Assembly: GCA_040222155.1 (NCBI GenBank)
Contig: JAVKDQ010000074.1
Span: 1,946 to 65,945, forward strand
Source of the DNA: Roseovarius sp.
Lineage (GTDB): Bacteria; Pseudomonadota; Alphaproteobacteria; Rhodobacterales; Rhodobacteraceae
Direction of reading: 5' to 3'
DNA: 64,000 bases
The notes under the pieces are model-generated. The model saw only the letters and a program-made list of their open reading frames with translations. It was not told the origin of the DNA and searched no databases. This document shows, piece after piece, positions 48,680 to 59,265 of this stretch (the first letter of the stretch is position 1; each line of letters starts with the position of its first letter). Both the position numbers and the translations under genes were made by a program.

Positions 48680-50101
48680 ATGTACAATTTGCGTTTCTTG
48701 GGGGCCGCCCTTCTGGGGGTGGTCGTCGCGATTGGCCCTGTCGTACGCGAGGCGGCGGCCGAGTCGCTGCAGGTGGTGCGCAAGGGCACAGGGCGCGATC
48801 TGAGCATAACCATGAACCAGGCGGTGGTGGTTGAGAGCGACGTGCCCTTCGCCGAGCTCAGCATCGCCAACCCCGCGATTGCCGATTTCTCCACCCTGTC
48901 GGACCGCACGATTTACGTGCTTGGCAAGGCGCCGGGGCGCACCACGCTCACGCTGCTCGACGCCACGGGGCGGCTGATCACCAATGTCGAGGTGCGGGTG
49001 AGCGCCGACATCTCCGAGTTCAAGGAACGGCTGCGGCAGATTCTGCCCAACGAGAATATCGAGGTGCGCACCGCGAATGACGGCATCGTACTCTCGGGCA
49101 CCGTAAGCTCGACCACGGGGATGGACCGGGCGCTGGAACTGGCGCAGCGCTATGCTCCCGAGCGGGTGTCGAACCTGATGAGCGTATCGGGCAAACAGCA
49201 GGTGATGCTGAAGGTGCGCTTCGCCGAGATGCAGCGCAGCGTGTCGAAGGCGCTCGGCACGTCGCTTGCCATCGACGGCACCAATGCCGGCGGGCTCGGC
49301 GTGATCGGCGGCACGAACACAACAAACACCAATGCCGGAGTCACCTCGCTGCTCACCGGTGCCATCCCGGATGTGCAGGCCAATAACGGCGCCATCGCCT
49401 TTGGCTTCGACGTGGGCTCGGTGGAAGTGGGTATACTTCTCGAAGCCCTTGAAACCAAAGGAGTTGTTCGGACGCTCGCCGAGCCGAACCTTACCGCGCT
49501 CTCCGGTCAGGAGGCAAAATTCCTCGCGGGTGGCGAATATCCGATCCCTGTGGCGCAGGATAACGGCGTGACCACGATCGAGTTCAAACCCTTCGGCGTC
49601 GAGCTCAACTTCACGCCCCGCGTGTTGGAAGACGGGATCATCAACCTCGAGCTGGCCGCCGCAGTCTCTTCGATCGATGCTGCGAATTCGATCACCGCGA
49701 ACGGCCTCACCGTCAATGGCTTCCGCCGTCGCGACACCTCCACGACGGTCGCCATGCGCGACGGGCAGAGCTTTGCCATCGCGGGGCTGCTGCAGGACGA
49801 TTTCCGCGACAATTCAGGGCAGGTTCCGTGGGTGGGCGATGTGCCCGTGCTGGGCGCCCTTTTCCGAAGCGCCGATTATCAGCGCGCGCAAACCGAACTC
49901 GTGATCATCGTCTCGGCGCATCTCGTCACGCCCACGCAGGGCGAGGCGCTGGCGCTGCCCACCGACCGCGTCAAGATCCCCTCCGAGCGGCAACTCTTTC
50001 TCAATGGTCGCGTGGCCGTGGACGAAAGCACCAAGGGAACGCCTGCGGGCGAGGTCGCCCGGCAGGACTTCAGCGGTTCCTACGGCTACGTGATGGATTG
50101 A
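48680..50101 (+). CDS. cpaC: pilus secretin CpaC/RcpA
   Basis: IANPAIAD, GRTTLTL, BON-like LSGTV, QVMLKVRFAEM, LAEPNLTALSGQEAKFLAGGEYPIP, PVLGALFRS; alternative GTG start at 48659. Confidence 0.94.
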   Translation: MYNLRFLGAALLGVVVAIGPVVREAAAESLQVVRKGTGRDLSITMNQAVVVESDVPFAELSIANPAIADFSTLSDRTIYVLGKAPGRTTLTLLDATGRLITNVEVRVSADISEFKERLRQILPNENIEVRTANDGIVLSGTVSSTTGMDRALELAQRYAPERVSNLMSVSGKQQVMLKVRFAEMQRSVSKALGTSLAIDGTNAGGLGVIGGTNTTNTNAGVTSLLTGAIPDVQANNGAIAFGFDVGSVEVGILLEALETKGVVRTLAEPNLTALSGQEAKFLAGGEYPIPVAQDNGVTTIEFKPFGVELNFTPRVLEDGIINLELAAAVSSIDAANSITANGLTVNGFRRRDTSTTVAMRDGQSFAIAGLLQDDFRDNSGQVPWVGDVPVLGALFRSADYQRAQTELVIIVSAHLVTPTQGEALALPTDRVKIPSERQLFLNGRVAVDESTKGTPAGEVARQDFSGSYGYVMD

Positions 50102-50112
50102 GGAGAGGCGCG

Positions 50113-50769
50113 ATGATGAAACGGTTTCTTCTTCTGGGCGCGGCGGGGCTGGGGCTCGCGGCCTGCTCCAACAATCCGCTGGTGAGCACCTATTCCGAAG
50201 CCGGCGCGGCGGTGGATGGCGGCAGCTTCGGCAACGCCACGATGAACAACACCCAGATTCATTCCGGCGAAAAGCAATTCGTGATCGACCTCGCCAACAA
50301 ATTCGCCGCCAAGGTGCCGACCACGGTCAACTTCGAGTTCAACTCCACCCAGCTCGATGGCGCCGCCCGCGCCACGCTTGACCAGCAGGCCGCTTTCATT
50401 CGGCATTATCCCGAGGTGCGCTTCCGCGTCTACGGCCATACCGATGCGGTGGGTTCGGATGCCTACAACCAGCAACTTGGCCTGCGACGCGCACATATGG
50501 TGGTGAACTACCTGGTGAGCCGCGGCATCTCGCGCTCACGCCTCGAGGCGATGGTCTCTTATGGCGAGCGCCAGCCGCTGATCGTGAGTCAGGGCCGAGA
50601 GCGTCGCAACCGGCGCACCGTCACCGAGGTTTCGGGCTTCGTGCAATCGCATCCGATCATCATGGACGGCAAGTATGCCGAGGTGGTCTACCGCGAATAT
50701 ATCGCCAGCGCCGAGCCCGCCTCGACCCTCGTGATGACCCAGCAGGCCACCACCCTGCAGCAGGAATGA
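50113..50769 (+). CDS. OmpA-family peptidoglycan-binding lipoprotein of the Tad locus
   Basis: Lipobox LAAC; VNFEFNS, GHTDAVGSDAYNQQLGLRRA, NRRTV. Confidence 0.88.
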   Translation: MMKRFLLLGAAGLGLAACSNNPLVSTYSEAGAAVDGGSFGNATMNNTQIHSGEKQFVIDLANKFAAKVPTTVNFEFNSTQLDGAARATLDQQAAFIRHYPEVRFRVYGHTDAVGSDAYNQQLGLRRAHMVVNYLVSRGISRSRLEAMVSYGERQPLIVSQGRERRNRRTVTEVSGFVQSHPIIMDGKYAEVVYREYIASAEPASTLVMTQQATTLQQE

Positions 50770-50810
50770 GAGATCTCCCTGCCCGGCGCGTGCCGGGCCA
50801 ACTGGACCAC

Positions 50811-50838
50811 GGCCCGCCTTTCACGGCGGGCCTTTTTT
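50811..50838 (+). terminator. intrinsic terminator after the OmpA lipoprotein gene
   Basis: Stem GGCCCGCC/GGCGGGCC followed by T6. Confidence 0.8.
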
Positions 50839-51006
50839 GTCTATTTCTTCCGTACAATTACGGTTTTTTGGCCCAAATGTTGCCCATATTATCCGGCAAT
50901 TTTCCCCGGTGAATAACGTGACTCCGGGGAGTCTCCGGAGAAGCGGCGCAGGGGGCCAAAAGCAATGGGCGTTCAAGCGCTGCGTAAAATACGAATGGGA
51001 TCGAGT

Positions 51007-52245
51007 ATGACGAGTAGTGACAGCAACCATCCCGATGAGGCCCCGATCATCGCGTGCACGGTGAGCCGGGACGTTCAGAATTTCGACCTTCTGATCGAGG
51101 ATATGGAAGCTGCGCTGGGCGAGGCATGGGGCGACCTCAACATCAACGAGGCGCTGGCCTTCTTCAGCCAGCCCGAAGCCGACAGCATCGAGTTTGCCGC
51201 CGTCGCGATCGACGACACCGACGAGGAGGATCTGCCGCTCCTGCTGGAGATCATCGCGCTTGCAGCTTCGCGCAAGATCCGGGTGATCCTGATCGCCGAG
51301 GATGTGAGCCCCGCCGTGCTGCATCAACTCCTGCGCAAGGGGGCCGACGAATTCGTGCCCTATCCGCTGCCCGAGGGCGAGCTGGAAGCGGCGATCGAGC
51401 GTATCCGCCGCCGCGACGAACAGGCCGCCCTGCCTGCCGCGCCCTTCGTGAAGACGAGCACGCCGGGCGACGGCGTTCTGCTCGCGGTGCAGGCGCTCGC
51501 CGGCGGCACGGGGGCCACCACGCTGGCCACCAACCTCGCCTGGGAACTGGCCAACGTGGAGAAGGACGACCCGCCGCGCGTCTGCCTGATGGATTTCGGC
51601 CTGCAGACCGGGTCGACGGCCACCTATCTCGACCTGCCCCGCCGCGAAGCGGTTTTCGAGATGTGGTCGGATACCGAGGCGATGGATGACGACATCTTCA
51701 AGCAATCGCTGGTGAGCTTCGAGGAGAAGCTCTGGGTGCTCACCGCACCCTCCGAGATGCTGCCGCTCGACATGATCACGCCCGAGGACGTGGAGCGTGT
51801 GCTGGAGCGCGCCCGCTCCAAATTCGACTACGTGATAGTCGACATGCCCGGCACGCTGGTGCAATGGACGGAGACAGTGCTCACCTCCGCGCAGATCTAC
51901 TTCGTGACGCTCGAGCTCGACATGCGCTCGGCACAGAACGCGCTGCGTTTCAAACGGGCGCTCCGCTCGGAGGATCTGCCGGTGGAGAAGCTGCGCTTCT
52001 GCCTCAACCGCGCGCCCAAATTCACCGACCTGAACGGCAAGAGCCGCGTGAAGCGGCTGGCCGAAAGCCTCGAGATCCGTATCGAGGTGCAGCTGCCGGA
52101 TGGCGGGCGGGTCGTCACACAGGCAGGCGATCACGGGACGCCGCTTGCCACCAGCGCGGCGAAGAACCCGCTGCGCAAGGAAATCGCCAAACTGGCGGCA
52201 TCGCTGCATGAGATCGGCAAGGCAAAGACCGATGAAGCGGCCTGA
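51007..52245 (+). CDS. cpaE: CpaE/TadZ pilus assembly protein (receiver-like plus MinD-like)
   Basis: Degenerate receiver N-terminus; GGTGATTLATNLAW, MDFGLQTG, DYVIVDMP; alternative start at 50965. Confidence 0.9.
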   Translation: MTSSDSNHPDEAPIIACTVSRDVQNFDLLIEDMEAALGEAWGDLNINEALAFFSQPEADSIEFAAVAIDDTDEEDLPLLLEIIALAASRKIRVILIAEDVSPAVLHQLLRKGADEFVPYPLPEGELEAAIERIRRRDEQAALPAAPFVKTSTPGDGVLLAVQALAGGTGATTLATNLAWELANVEKDDPPRVCLMDFGLQTGSTATYLDLPRREAVFEMWSDTEAMDDDIFKQSLVSFEEKLWVLTAPSEMLPLDMITPEDVERVLERARSKFDYVIVDMPGTLVQWTETVLTSAQIYFVTLELDMRSAQNALRFKRALRSEDLPVEKLRFCLNRAPKFTDLNGKSRVKRLAESLEIRIEVQLPDGGRVVTQAGDHGTPLATSAAKNPLRKEIAKLAASLHEIGKAKTDEAA

Positions 52246-52258
52246 GAGGTAAGGTAAG

Positions 52259-53713
<1,455 letters not shown>

Positions 53714-53718
53714 GAGAT

Positions 53719-54687
53719 ATGGGTATCAGCATCGAACCAATCATCTACGGGCTCATCTTCTTCGGCGTTCTGGCGCTGGTCGAGGGCATCTACCTTACCG
53801 TCTTCGGCAAGTCGATCAGCCTCAACAGCCGGGTCAATCGCCGGCTCGACATGCTCGACAAAGGCGGCAACCGCGAGGAGGTGATGGAGAAGCTCCGCAA
53901 GGAGATGACCCAGCACCTCAAGGCGCGCAACATTCCGATCTACGCGATCCTGTCGTCGAAGGCGCAGAAAGCGGCCATTGCCTTCACGCCCAAGCAGCTC
54001 GTGATGCTGATGATGGGCGTGGCGGTTATGGCCTTCGCGGCGCTCACCGTCTTCACCGAAACGGAAGTGCCCATCCGCGCCATCGCCTCCGTCGGCATCG
54101 GCGTGGGCGGCGTCTTCGTCTGGATCAACGCGAAAGCGTCGAAGCGGATGAAGATGATGGAGGAGCAATTGCCCGACGCCATCGAGCTGATGGTGCGGAG
54201 CCTGCGCGTGGGCCATCCTTTCTCATCCGCCATCTCCATCGTCGCCGAGGAGGTCTCCGACCCGCTGGCGACCGAGTTCGGCATCATCGCAGATGAAAGC
54301 GCCTATGGCCGCGACGTGGGCGAGGCACTGAAGGACATGGCCGAGCGGCTCGACATGCAGGATTTGCGCTTCCTTGCCGTGGCGGTCACGATCCAGCAGC
54401 AATCTGGCGGCAACCTTGCCGAGATCCTCGACGGTCTGGCCAAGGTGATCCGTGCGCGCTTCAGGCTCTTCCGCCGCGTGAAGGCGATCACGGCCGAGGC
54501 GCAGTGGTCTGGCAACTTCCTGTCGGCCTTCCCGGTGCTGGCGCTCATTGGCATCCAGATGGTGAAGCCCGACTATTACGACGAGGCGATGACTCACCCG
54601 ATGTTCATTCCGGCGTGTATCGCGGTGGGCGGCTTTCTGGTGACGAACATCATCGTCATGCGCCAACTCGTGAATATCAAGGTGTGA
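53719..54687 (+). CDS. tadB: TadB inner-membrane platform protein
   Basis: QLPDAIELMVRSLRVGH, QQQSGGNLAEIL, ITAEAQWS. Confidence 0.92.
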   Translation: MGISIEPIIYGLIFFGVLALVEGIYLTVFGKSISLNSRVNRRLDMLDKGGNREEVMEKLRKEMTQHLKARNIPIYAILSSKAQKAAIAFTPKQLVMLMMGVAVMAFAALTVFTETEVPIRAIASVGIGVGGVFVWINAKASKRMKMMEEQLPDAIELMVRSLRVGHPFSSAISIVAEEVSDPLATEFGIIADESAYGRDVGEALKDMAERLDMQDLRFLAVAVTIQQQSGGNLAEILDGLAKVIRARFRLFRRVKAITAEAQWSGNFLSAFPVLALIGIQMVKPDYYDEAMTHPMFIPACIAVGGFLVTNIIVMRQLVNIKV

Positions 54688-54694
54688 GGCGGAG

Positions 54695-55678
54695 ATGGGA
54701 TATTTCAGCCAGATCACCGGCTTCCTAACGGATAGCCTCGGCCCCTTCGGCCCGCTCATCGCGGTGGGCACGCTCGGCGTGCTGCTCGTGCTCATCACCA
54801 TCCCGATCCTGATCAACCAGGCGAAGGACCCGCTCGAGAAGCTCAAGAAATCCTCGCATAGCGAAAAGAGCGACGACGGCAAGAAGCAGAAACTGCGCGC
54901 AGGCTCGCGCAACGAGAAGCTCGAACGCTATGCCACCTTCCTCGAGCCGCAGGATGAGAAGCAGTTCAGCCAGATCAAGCTGACGCTGATGCAGGCGGGC
55001 TATCGCGACCGCGACGCGGTGCGCTACTTCCACTTCGCGCAGTTTGCGCTCGGGCTGGGCGGACTCTTTCTCGGTGTCGTCTACTTCCTGCTCTTCAAGT
55101 CCGGCGAAGAGACAACCACCCAGCAGACGCTGATGTATATCCTCGGCCCCGGCGGCGTGGGGTACATGATTCCCAAATACTGGGTCACCAAGCGCCAGCA
55201 GAAGCGGCAGGAGGAGATCGAACAGGGTTTTCCCGACAGTCTCGACATGATGCTTACCTGCGTGGAGGCCGGCCAGTCGCTCGACCAGTCGATCGTGCGG
55301 GTGGCGCGTGAGACTCGCGCCTCCTACCCGGCGCTGGCCGAGGAATTCGAGATCGTCTCGCACCAGATGAAGGCGGGACGCGACAAACCCTCGGTGCTGG
55401 GCGACATGGCCGAGCGCTGCGGTGTGCAGGACATCTCGAGCTTCGTCACCGTGCTGATCCAGTCGCAGACCTTCGGCACCACGATCGGCGAGGCGCTGCG
55501 CGTCTATGCCGGCGAAATGCGTGACAAACGGGTCATGCGCGCCGAGGAAAAGGCCAACAAGCTGCCAACGAAGATGACATTGGCAACGATGATGCTTACA
55601 GTGCCCCCACTACTGATCATTCTGGTCGGTCCATCGGTGCTGGGGATCATGGAACTCTTCTCGATGGCCGGCCAGTAG
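54695..55678 (+). CDS. tadC: TadC inner-membrane platform protein
   Basis: FPDSLDMMLTCVEAGQSLD, QSQTFGT, RAEEKANKLPTKM. Confidence 0.92.
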   Translation: MGYFSQITGFLTDSLGPFGPLIAVGTLGVLLVLITIPILINQAKDPLEKLKKSSHSEKSDDGKKQKLRAGSRNEKLERYATFLEPQDEKQFSQIKLTLMQAGYRDRDAVRYFHFAQFALGLGGLFLGVVYFLLFKSGEETTTQQTLMYILGPGGVGYMIPKYWVTKRQQKRQEEIEQGFPDSLDMMLTCVEAGQSLDQSIVRVARETRASYPALAEEFEIVSHQMKAGRDKPSVLGDMAERCGVQDISSFVTVLIQSQTFGTTIGEALRVYAGEMRDKRVMRAEEKANKLPTKMTLATMMLTVPPLLIILVGPSVLGIMELFSMAGQ

Positions 55679-55739
55679 GCATGTAACCCGCCAGCCGGCC
55701 ACAAAGAGCCGGCGGCACTGGCAGAGCAGGACCATCGGA

Positions 55740-56288
55740 ATGCGGGCAATGGCCGCGATCCTCTTTTCGTGTCTGGCGTTGGCTGCCTGCAGCGAAGGCG
55801 TGAGCCGTGACAGCCCGTTCGCTCCTGGCGTGGCCAAGGAAGGCGAGGCTGTGGATGGCATCGTCGTGGGCAACCGCCTGATCGACGCGGGCGAGTACGA
55901 CCTTGCGATAGATGCCTTCACCCGCGCCGCACTCACCCGCGGCATGGATGCCGAGGTGCTCGCGGGTATCGGCACGGCAAGCATCGGGCTGGGCCGCCTC
56001 CACACCGCCGAAGACCTTTTGCGCCGCGCCATCGATCTCGACGAGGACGAGCCGGAATACTGGAACAACCTCGGCGTCGTGCTTATCGAGCGCGGGCAGG
56101 CCGCCGAGGCCGAGCAGGTCTTTCGCCGCGCCTATGCCTTTTCCAATGGCGAAAGTGACTCAATCCGGGATAATTTGCGGTTGGCAATGGAAAAAATCGA
56201 AAACCCGGGTTATGATGCGGAACAAGAGCAAGATTATAACTTGGTACGGCGGGGCACGAGCGACTACGTGATCCGCAAGATACCTTGA
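55740..56288 (+). CDS. TPR lipoprotein (TadD/pilotin-like)
   Basis: Lipobox LAAC; TPR repeats; YWNNLGVVL, IRDNLRLA. Confidence 0.85.
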   Translation: MRAMAAILFSCLALAACSEGVSRDSPFAPGVAKEGEAVDGIVVGNRLIDAGEYDLAIDAFTRAALTRGMDAEVLAGIGTASIGLGRLHTAEDLLRRAIDLDEDEPEYWNNLGVVLIERGQAAEAEQVFRRAYAFSNGESDSIRDNLRLAMEKIENPGYDAEQEQDYNLVRRGTSDYVIRKIP

Positions 56289-56317
56289 CGAGGCAAGGGC
56301 AGTAAAAGGACGCAAAA

Positions 56318-57178
56318 ATGCGCCGTTTTTTTCCATTGAGCTTGTGCGCCATGGGGGCATTGGCCCTTTCGGCATGTGGCGAAAGTCAGAGCGCCGCGGA
56401 TGTCGACCGCGCCTTTCAGGGCGTCAACGTGGTGGATGAAACCAACCTGAACGACGTGATGCTCACAGTGGCCGATGCCGACGAGGCCGTGGCCTATTTC
56501 CAGCGCACCTCTCGCGAGAAACCCGACAGGATCGACCTGCAGCGCGGGCTGGCGCAATCGCTGGTGCGCGCCAAGCGCAACACCGAGGCCGTCTCGGCAT
56601 GGGCCAAGGTGGTAGAGCATCCCGAGGCAACCGCCGAAGACCGGGTGGATTTCGCAGATGCGCTCATCCGCAACAACGAGTGGGAGCGCGCCGACCAGAT
56701 GCTCGACAGCGTGCCACCCACCCACGAGACCTTCAAACGCTACCGGCTCGAGGCGATGGTGGCCGACAGCAACGAGGAATGGAAGAAGGCCGACAGTTTC
56801 TACGAAACCGCCATCGGGCTTACCACGCGCCCTGCAGGCGTAATGAACAACTGGGGTTATTCCAAGCTCACCCGCGGCGATTTCGCCGCCGCCGAGCGGC
56901 TCTTCTCCGACGCGATCCGGCAGGACAACTCGCTCTTCACCGCCAAGAACAACCTGATCCTCGCACGGGGCGCGCAAAAGAAATACTCGCTCCCCGTGGT
57001 GCCCGCCACCCAGACCGAGCGCGCCCAGCTGCTCTACACACTGGCGCTTTCGGCCATCAAGCAGGGCGACACGGCCATAGGCCAGGGCCTGCTGCGCGAC
57101 GCGATCGACACTCATCCGCAGCATTTCGAGGCCGCCGTGCGCTCGCTCGACGCGCTGGAAAGCAACGTGGCGAACTGA
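56318..57178 (+). CDS. TPR lipoprotein (TadD-like)
   Basis: Lipobox LSAC; TPRs; MNNWGYSKLTRGD, AKNNLILA. Confidence 0.85.
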   Translation: MRRFFPLSLCAMGALALSACGESQSAADVDRAFQGVNVVDETNLNDVMLTVADADEAVAYFQRTSREKPDRIDLQRGLAQSLVRAKRNTEAVSAWAKVVEHPEATAEDRVDFADALIRNNEWERADQMLDSVPPTHETFKRYRLEAMVADSNEEWKKADSFYETAIGLTTRPAGVMNNWGYSKLTRGDFAAAERLFSDAIRQDNSLFTAKNNLILARGAQKKYSLPVVPATQTERAQLLYTLALSAIKQGDTAIGQGLLRDAIDTHPQHFEAAVRSLDALESNVAN

Positions 57179-57187
57179 CCGGTGGGG

Positions 57188-57682
57188 ATGCAGATCGCCT
57201 CGTCCACGGCATTGTGGTTCCTGCCCTTCGCCCTGCCCATCTGCCTCTGGGTCATGTGGTCGGACCTCCGGGCCATGCGCATTCCCAACCCCGCAGTTCT
57301 GGCGCTCTTCGGGGTGTTTCTCCTCGTAGGGCTCGTGGCTCTGCCTCTGGCCGAAATCCCGTGGCGGCTCGGGATAGCGGCGGTGGTTCTGGTGCTCATG
57401 TTCTTCGCCAACATGGTGGGGCTCATGGGGGCGGGTGACAGCAAGTTCATCGCCGCCGCAGCCCCCTTCATCGACCCGGGCGATGCCGGGTTGCTCTGCC
57501 TCATCTTCGCGGCCTGCCTTCTGGCCTGTTTCACCACCCACCGCGTGGCGAAACATACAGGCCTGCGCCAGCTCGCGCCCACATGGGAAAGCTGGGACAG
57601 GGGGCGAAAGTTCCCCATGGGCTTCGCGCTGGGAGCAACACTGATCCTTTATCTCGCGCTCGGTGTGGCCCACGGAGCCTGA
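57188..57682 (+). CDS. cpaA: A24 prepilin peptidase CpaA/TadV
   Basis: SDLRAMRIPN and MGAGDSK catalytic Asp motifs; FPMGFAL. Confidence 0.9.
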   Translation: MQIASSTALWFLPFALPICLWVMWSDLRAMRIPNPAVLALFGVFLLVGLVALPLAEIPWRLGIAAVVLVLMFFANMVGLMGAGDSKFIAAAAPFIDPGDAGLLCLIFAACLLACFTTHRVAKHTGLRQLAPTWESWDRGRKFPMGFALGATLILYLALGVAHGA

Positions 57683-57795
57683 AGCTTCTCCCGTCTTGCC
57701 CGCATGACGCCTGCGCACTTCCATAATTTCGGCGGATTTCGTCGCCATGTTCCGCCGAAGCGCATCCGCAGATAACCGCAGGAAGGGCCCCCGCG

Positions 57796-59109
57796 ATGAA
57801 CATGCACCCCACCACCACAGGTGTTCAGCCCCCGCCGCCGCCAAGCCGGCTGGAGGAGATGAAGCTCCCGGTGGTGATGATGCGCGACATTCTCATCAAG
57901 ACGATGTTTCGCAAGAACATCACGCTGGTGAGCGAGCTTGCGGAAGCGATCTGCCTGCCCCGCGCGGTGACGCAGGAGCTTGTCGACATGGCGCGCAGCC
58001 AGTCGATGGTGGAGGCGACCGGCACCCTCAACGCGAACTCCGGGAGCGAGATGGGCTACCAGCTCACCGATGCAGGCAAGGCCCGGGCGCTCGACGCGCT
58101 CTCGCAATCGGAATATTTCGGCGCCATGCCAGTGCCGCTCGACGTCTACCGCGAGCAGGTCAAGCGCCAGTCGATCCGCAACATCCAGATCACCCGCGAA
58201 GAACTGACGAGCGCAATGGGCCACCTCGTGCTACCCGACAGCCTGCTCGACTATCTCGGCCCGGCCGTCTCTTCGGGGCGGTCAATCCTCATGTATGGCC
58301 CTCCCGGCAACGGCAAGAGCTCTATCTCCAACGGCATTCGCGACGCGATGGGTGACAAGATCTTCGTGCCGCGCGCCATAGAGTATTCCGGGCAGGTCAT
58401 CACCGTCTACGACCCGATCGTGCATTCCAAGGCTGAAGTGGAACAGGACGACCCCAATTCGCTGCGCCGCAAACGCACATGGGATACACGCTACGTGCGC
58501 TGCGAGCGTCCCACGGTCATTACCGGGGGTGAGCTTTCGCTTTCGATGCTTGATCTCGTCTACAATCCCACGGCGCGCACCTACCAGGCGCCTCTGCAGC
58601 TCAAATCCTCGGGCGGCATCTTCATCGTCGACGACCTCGGCCGCCAGGCTGAACCGCCGCAATCGCTCGTCAACCGCTGGATCGTGCCGCTGGAAGAGGC
58701 GAAGGACATCCTCGCCCTGCAATCGGGTGAGAAATTCGAGGTGCCCTTCGACACGCTGGTGATTTTCTCCACCAACTTCCACCCCAACGAGATCTTCGAC
58801 CAGGCCGCGCTGCGCCGGATCTTCTTCAAGATCAAGATCGACGGGCCGAGCCAGAAGGACTTCCTGAAAATCTTCGCACTCGTGGCGAAGAAAAAAGGCG
58901 TGCCACTCGACGAGGCGGCGCTGGTGCATCTGCTGAAGAAGAAATACCCGACGATCAACAATGTCTACGCGAATTACCAGCCGGTCTTCCTCATCGACCA
59001 GATGATCGCCATCTGTGAGTTCGAGGGCATCCCTTACCAGATGTCCCCCGAGTTGATCGACCGTGCCTGGGCCAACATGTTCGTCAAGGACGAGAAGATC
59101 GTGAAGTAA
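57796..59109 (+). CDS. AAA+ ATPase of unknown function at the end of the Tad locus
   Basis: Walker A GPPGNGKS, Walker B IFIVDD, FSTNF sensor, ALRRI Arg finger; N-terminal HTH-like region. Confidence 0.88.
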   Translation: MNMHPTTTGVQPPPPPSRLEEMKLPVVMMRDILIKTMFRKNITLVSELAEAICLPRAVTQELVDMARSQSMVEATGTLNANSGSEMGYQLTDAGKARALDALSQSEYFGAMPVPLDVYREQVKRQSIRNIQITREELTSAMGHLVLPDSLLDYLGPAVSSGRSILMYGPPGNGKSSISNGIRDAMGDKIFVPRAIEYSGQVITVYDPIVHSKAEVEQDDPNSLRRKRTWDTRYVRCERPTVITGGELSLSMLDLVYNPTARTYQAPLQLKSSGGIFIVDDLGRQAEPPQSLVNRWIVPLEEAKDILALQSGEKFEVPFDTLVIFSTNFHPNEIFDQAALRRIFFKIKIDGPSQKDFLKIFALVAKKKGVPLDEAALVHLLKKKYPTINNVYANYQPVFLIDQMIAICEFEGIPYQMSPELIDRAWANMFVKDEKIVK

Positions 59110-59168
59110 GCGCCTGGCCGCGCCGGGGGCTCCTTGTCGAGCGACATGCCTCCTGGCGTGGTTGGAAT

Positions 59169-59190
59169 GAGTATTTCTTTCAAGAAGAAG
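59169..59190 (+). repeat. copy of the TATTT-N4-CAAGAAGAAG repeat family
   Basis: GAGTATTTCTTTCAAGAAGAAG. Confidence 0.65.
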
Positions 59191-59265
59191 TCCGGTTAGG
59201 GCCAGAGGCAGCGGTGTGACGCGTGGCTCTTTGCCCCGGGCGGGTTCCAAGCTACACCCAACCGC

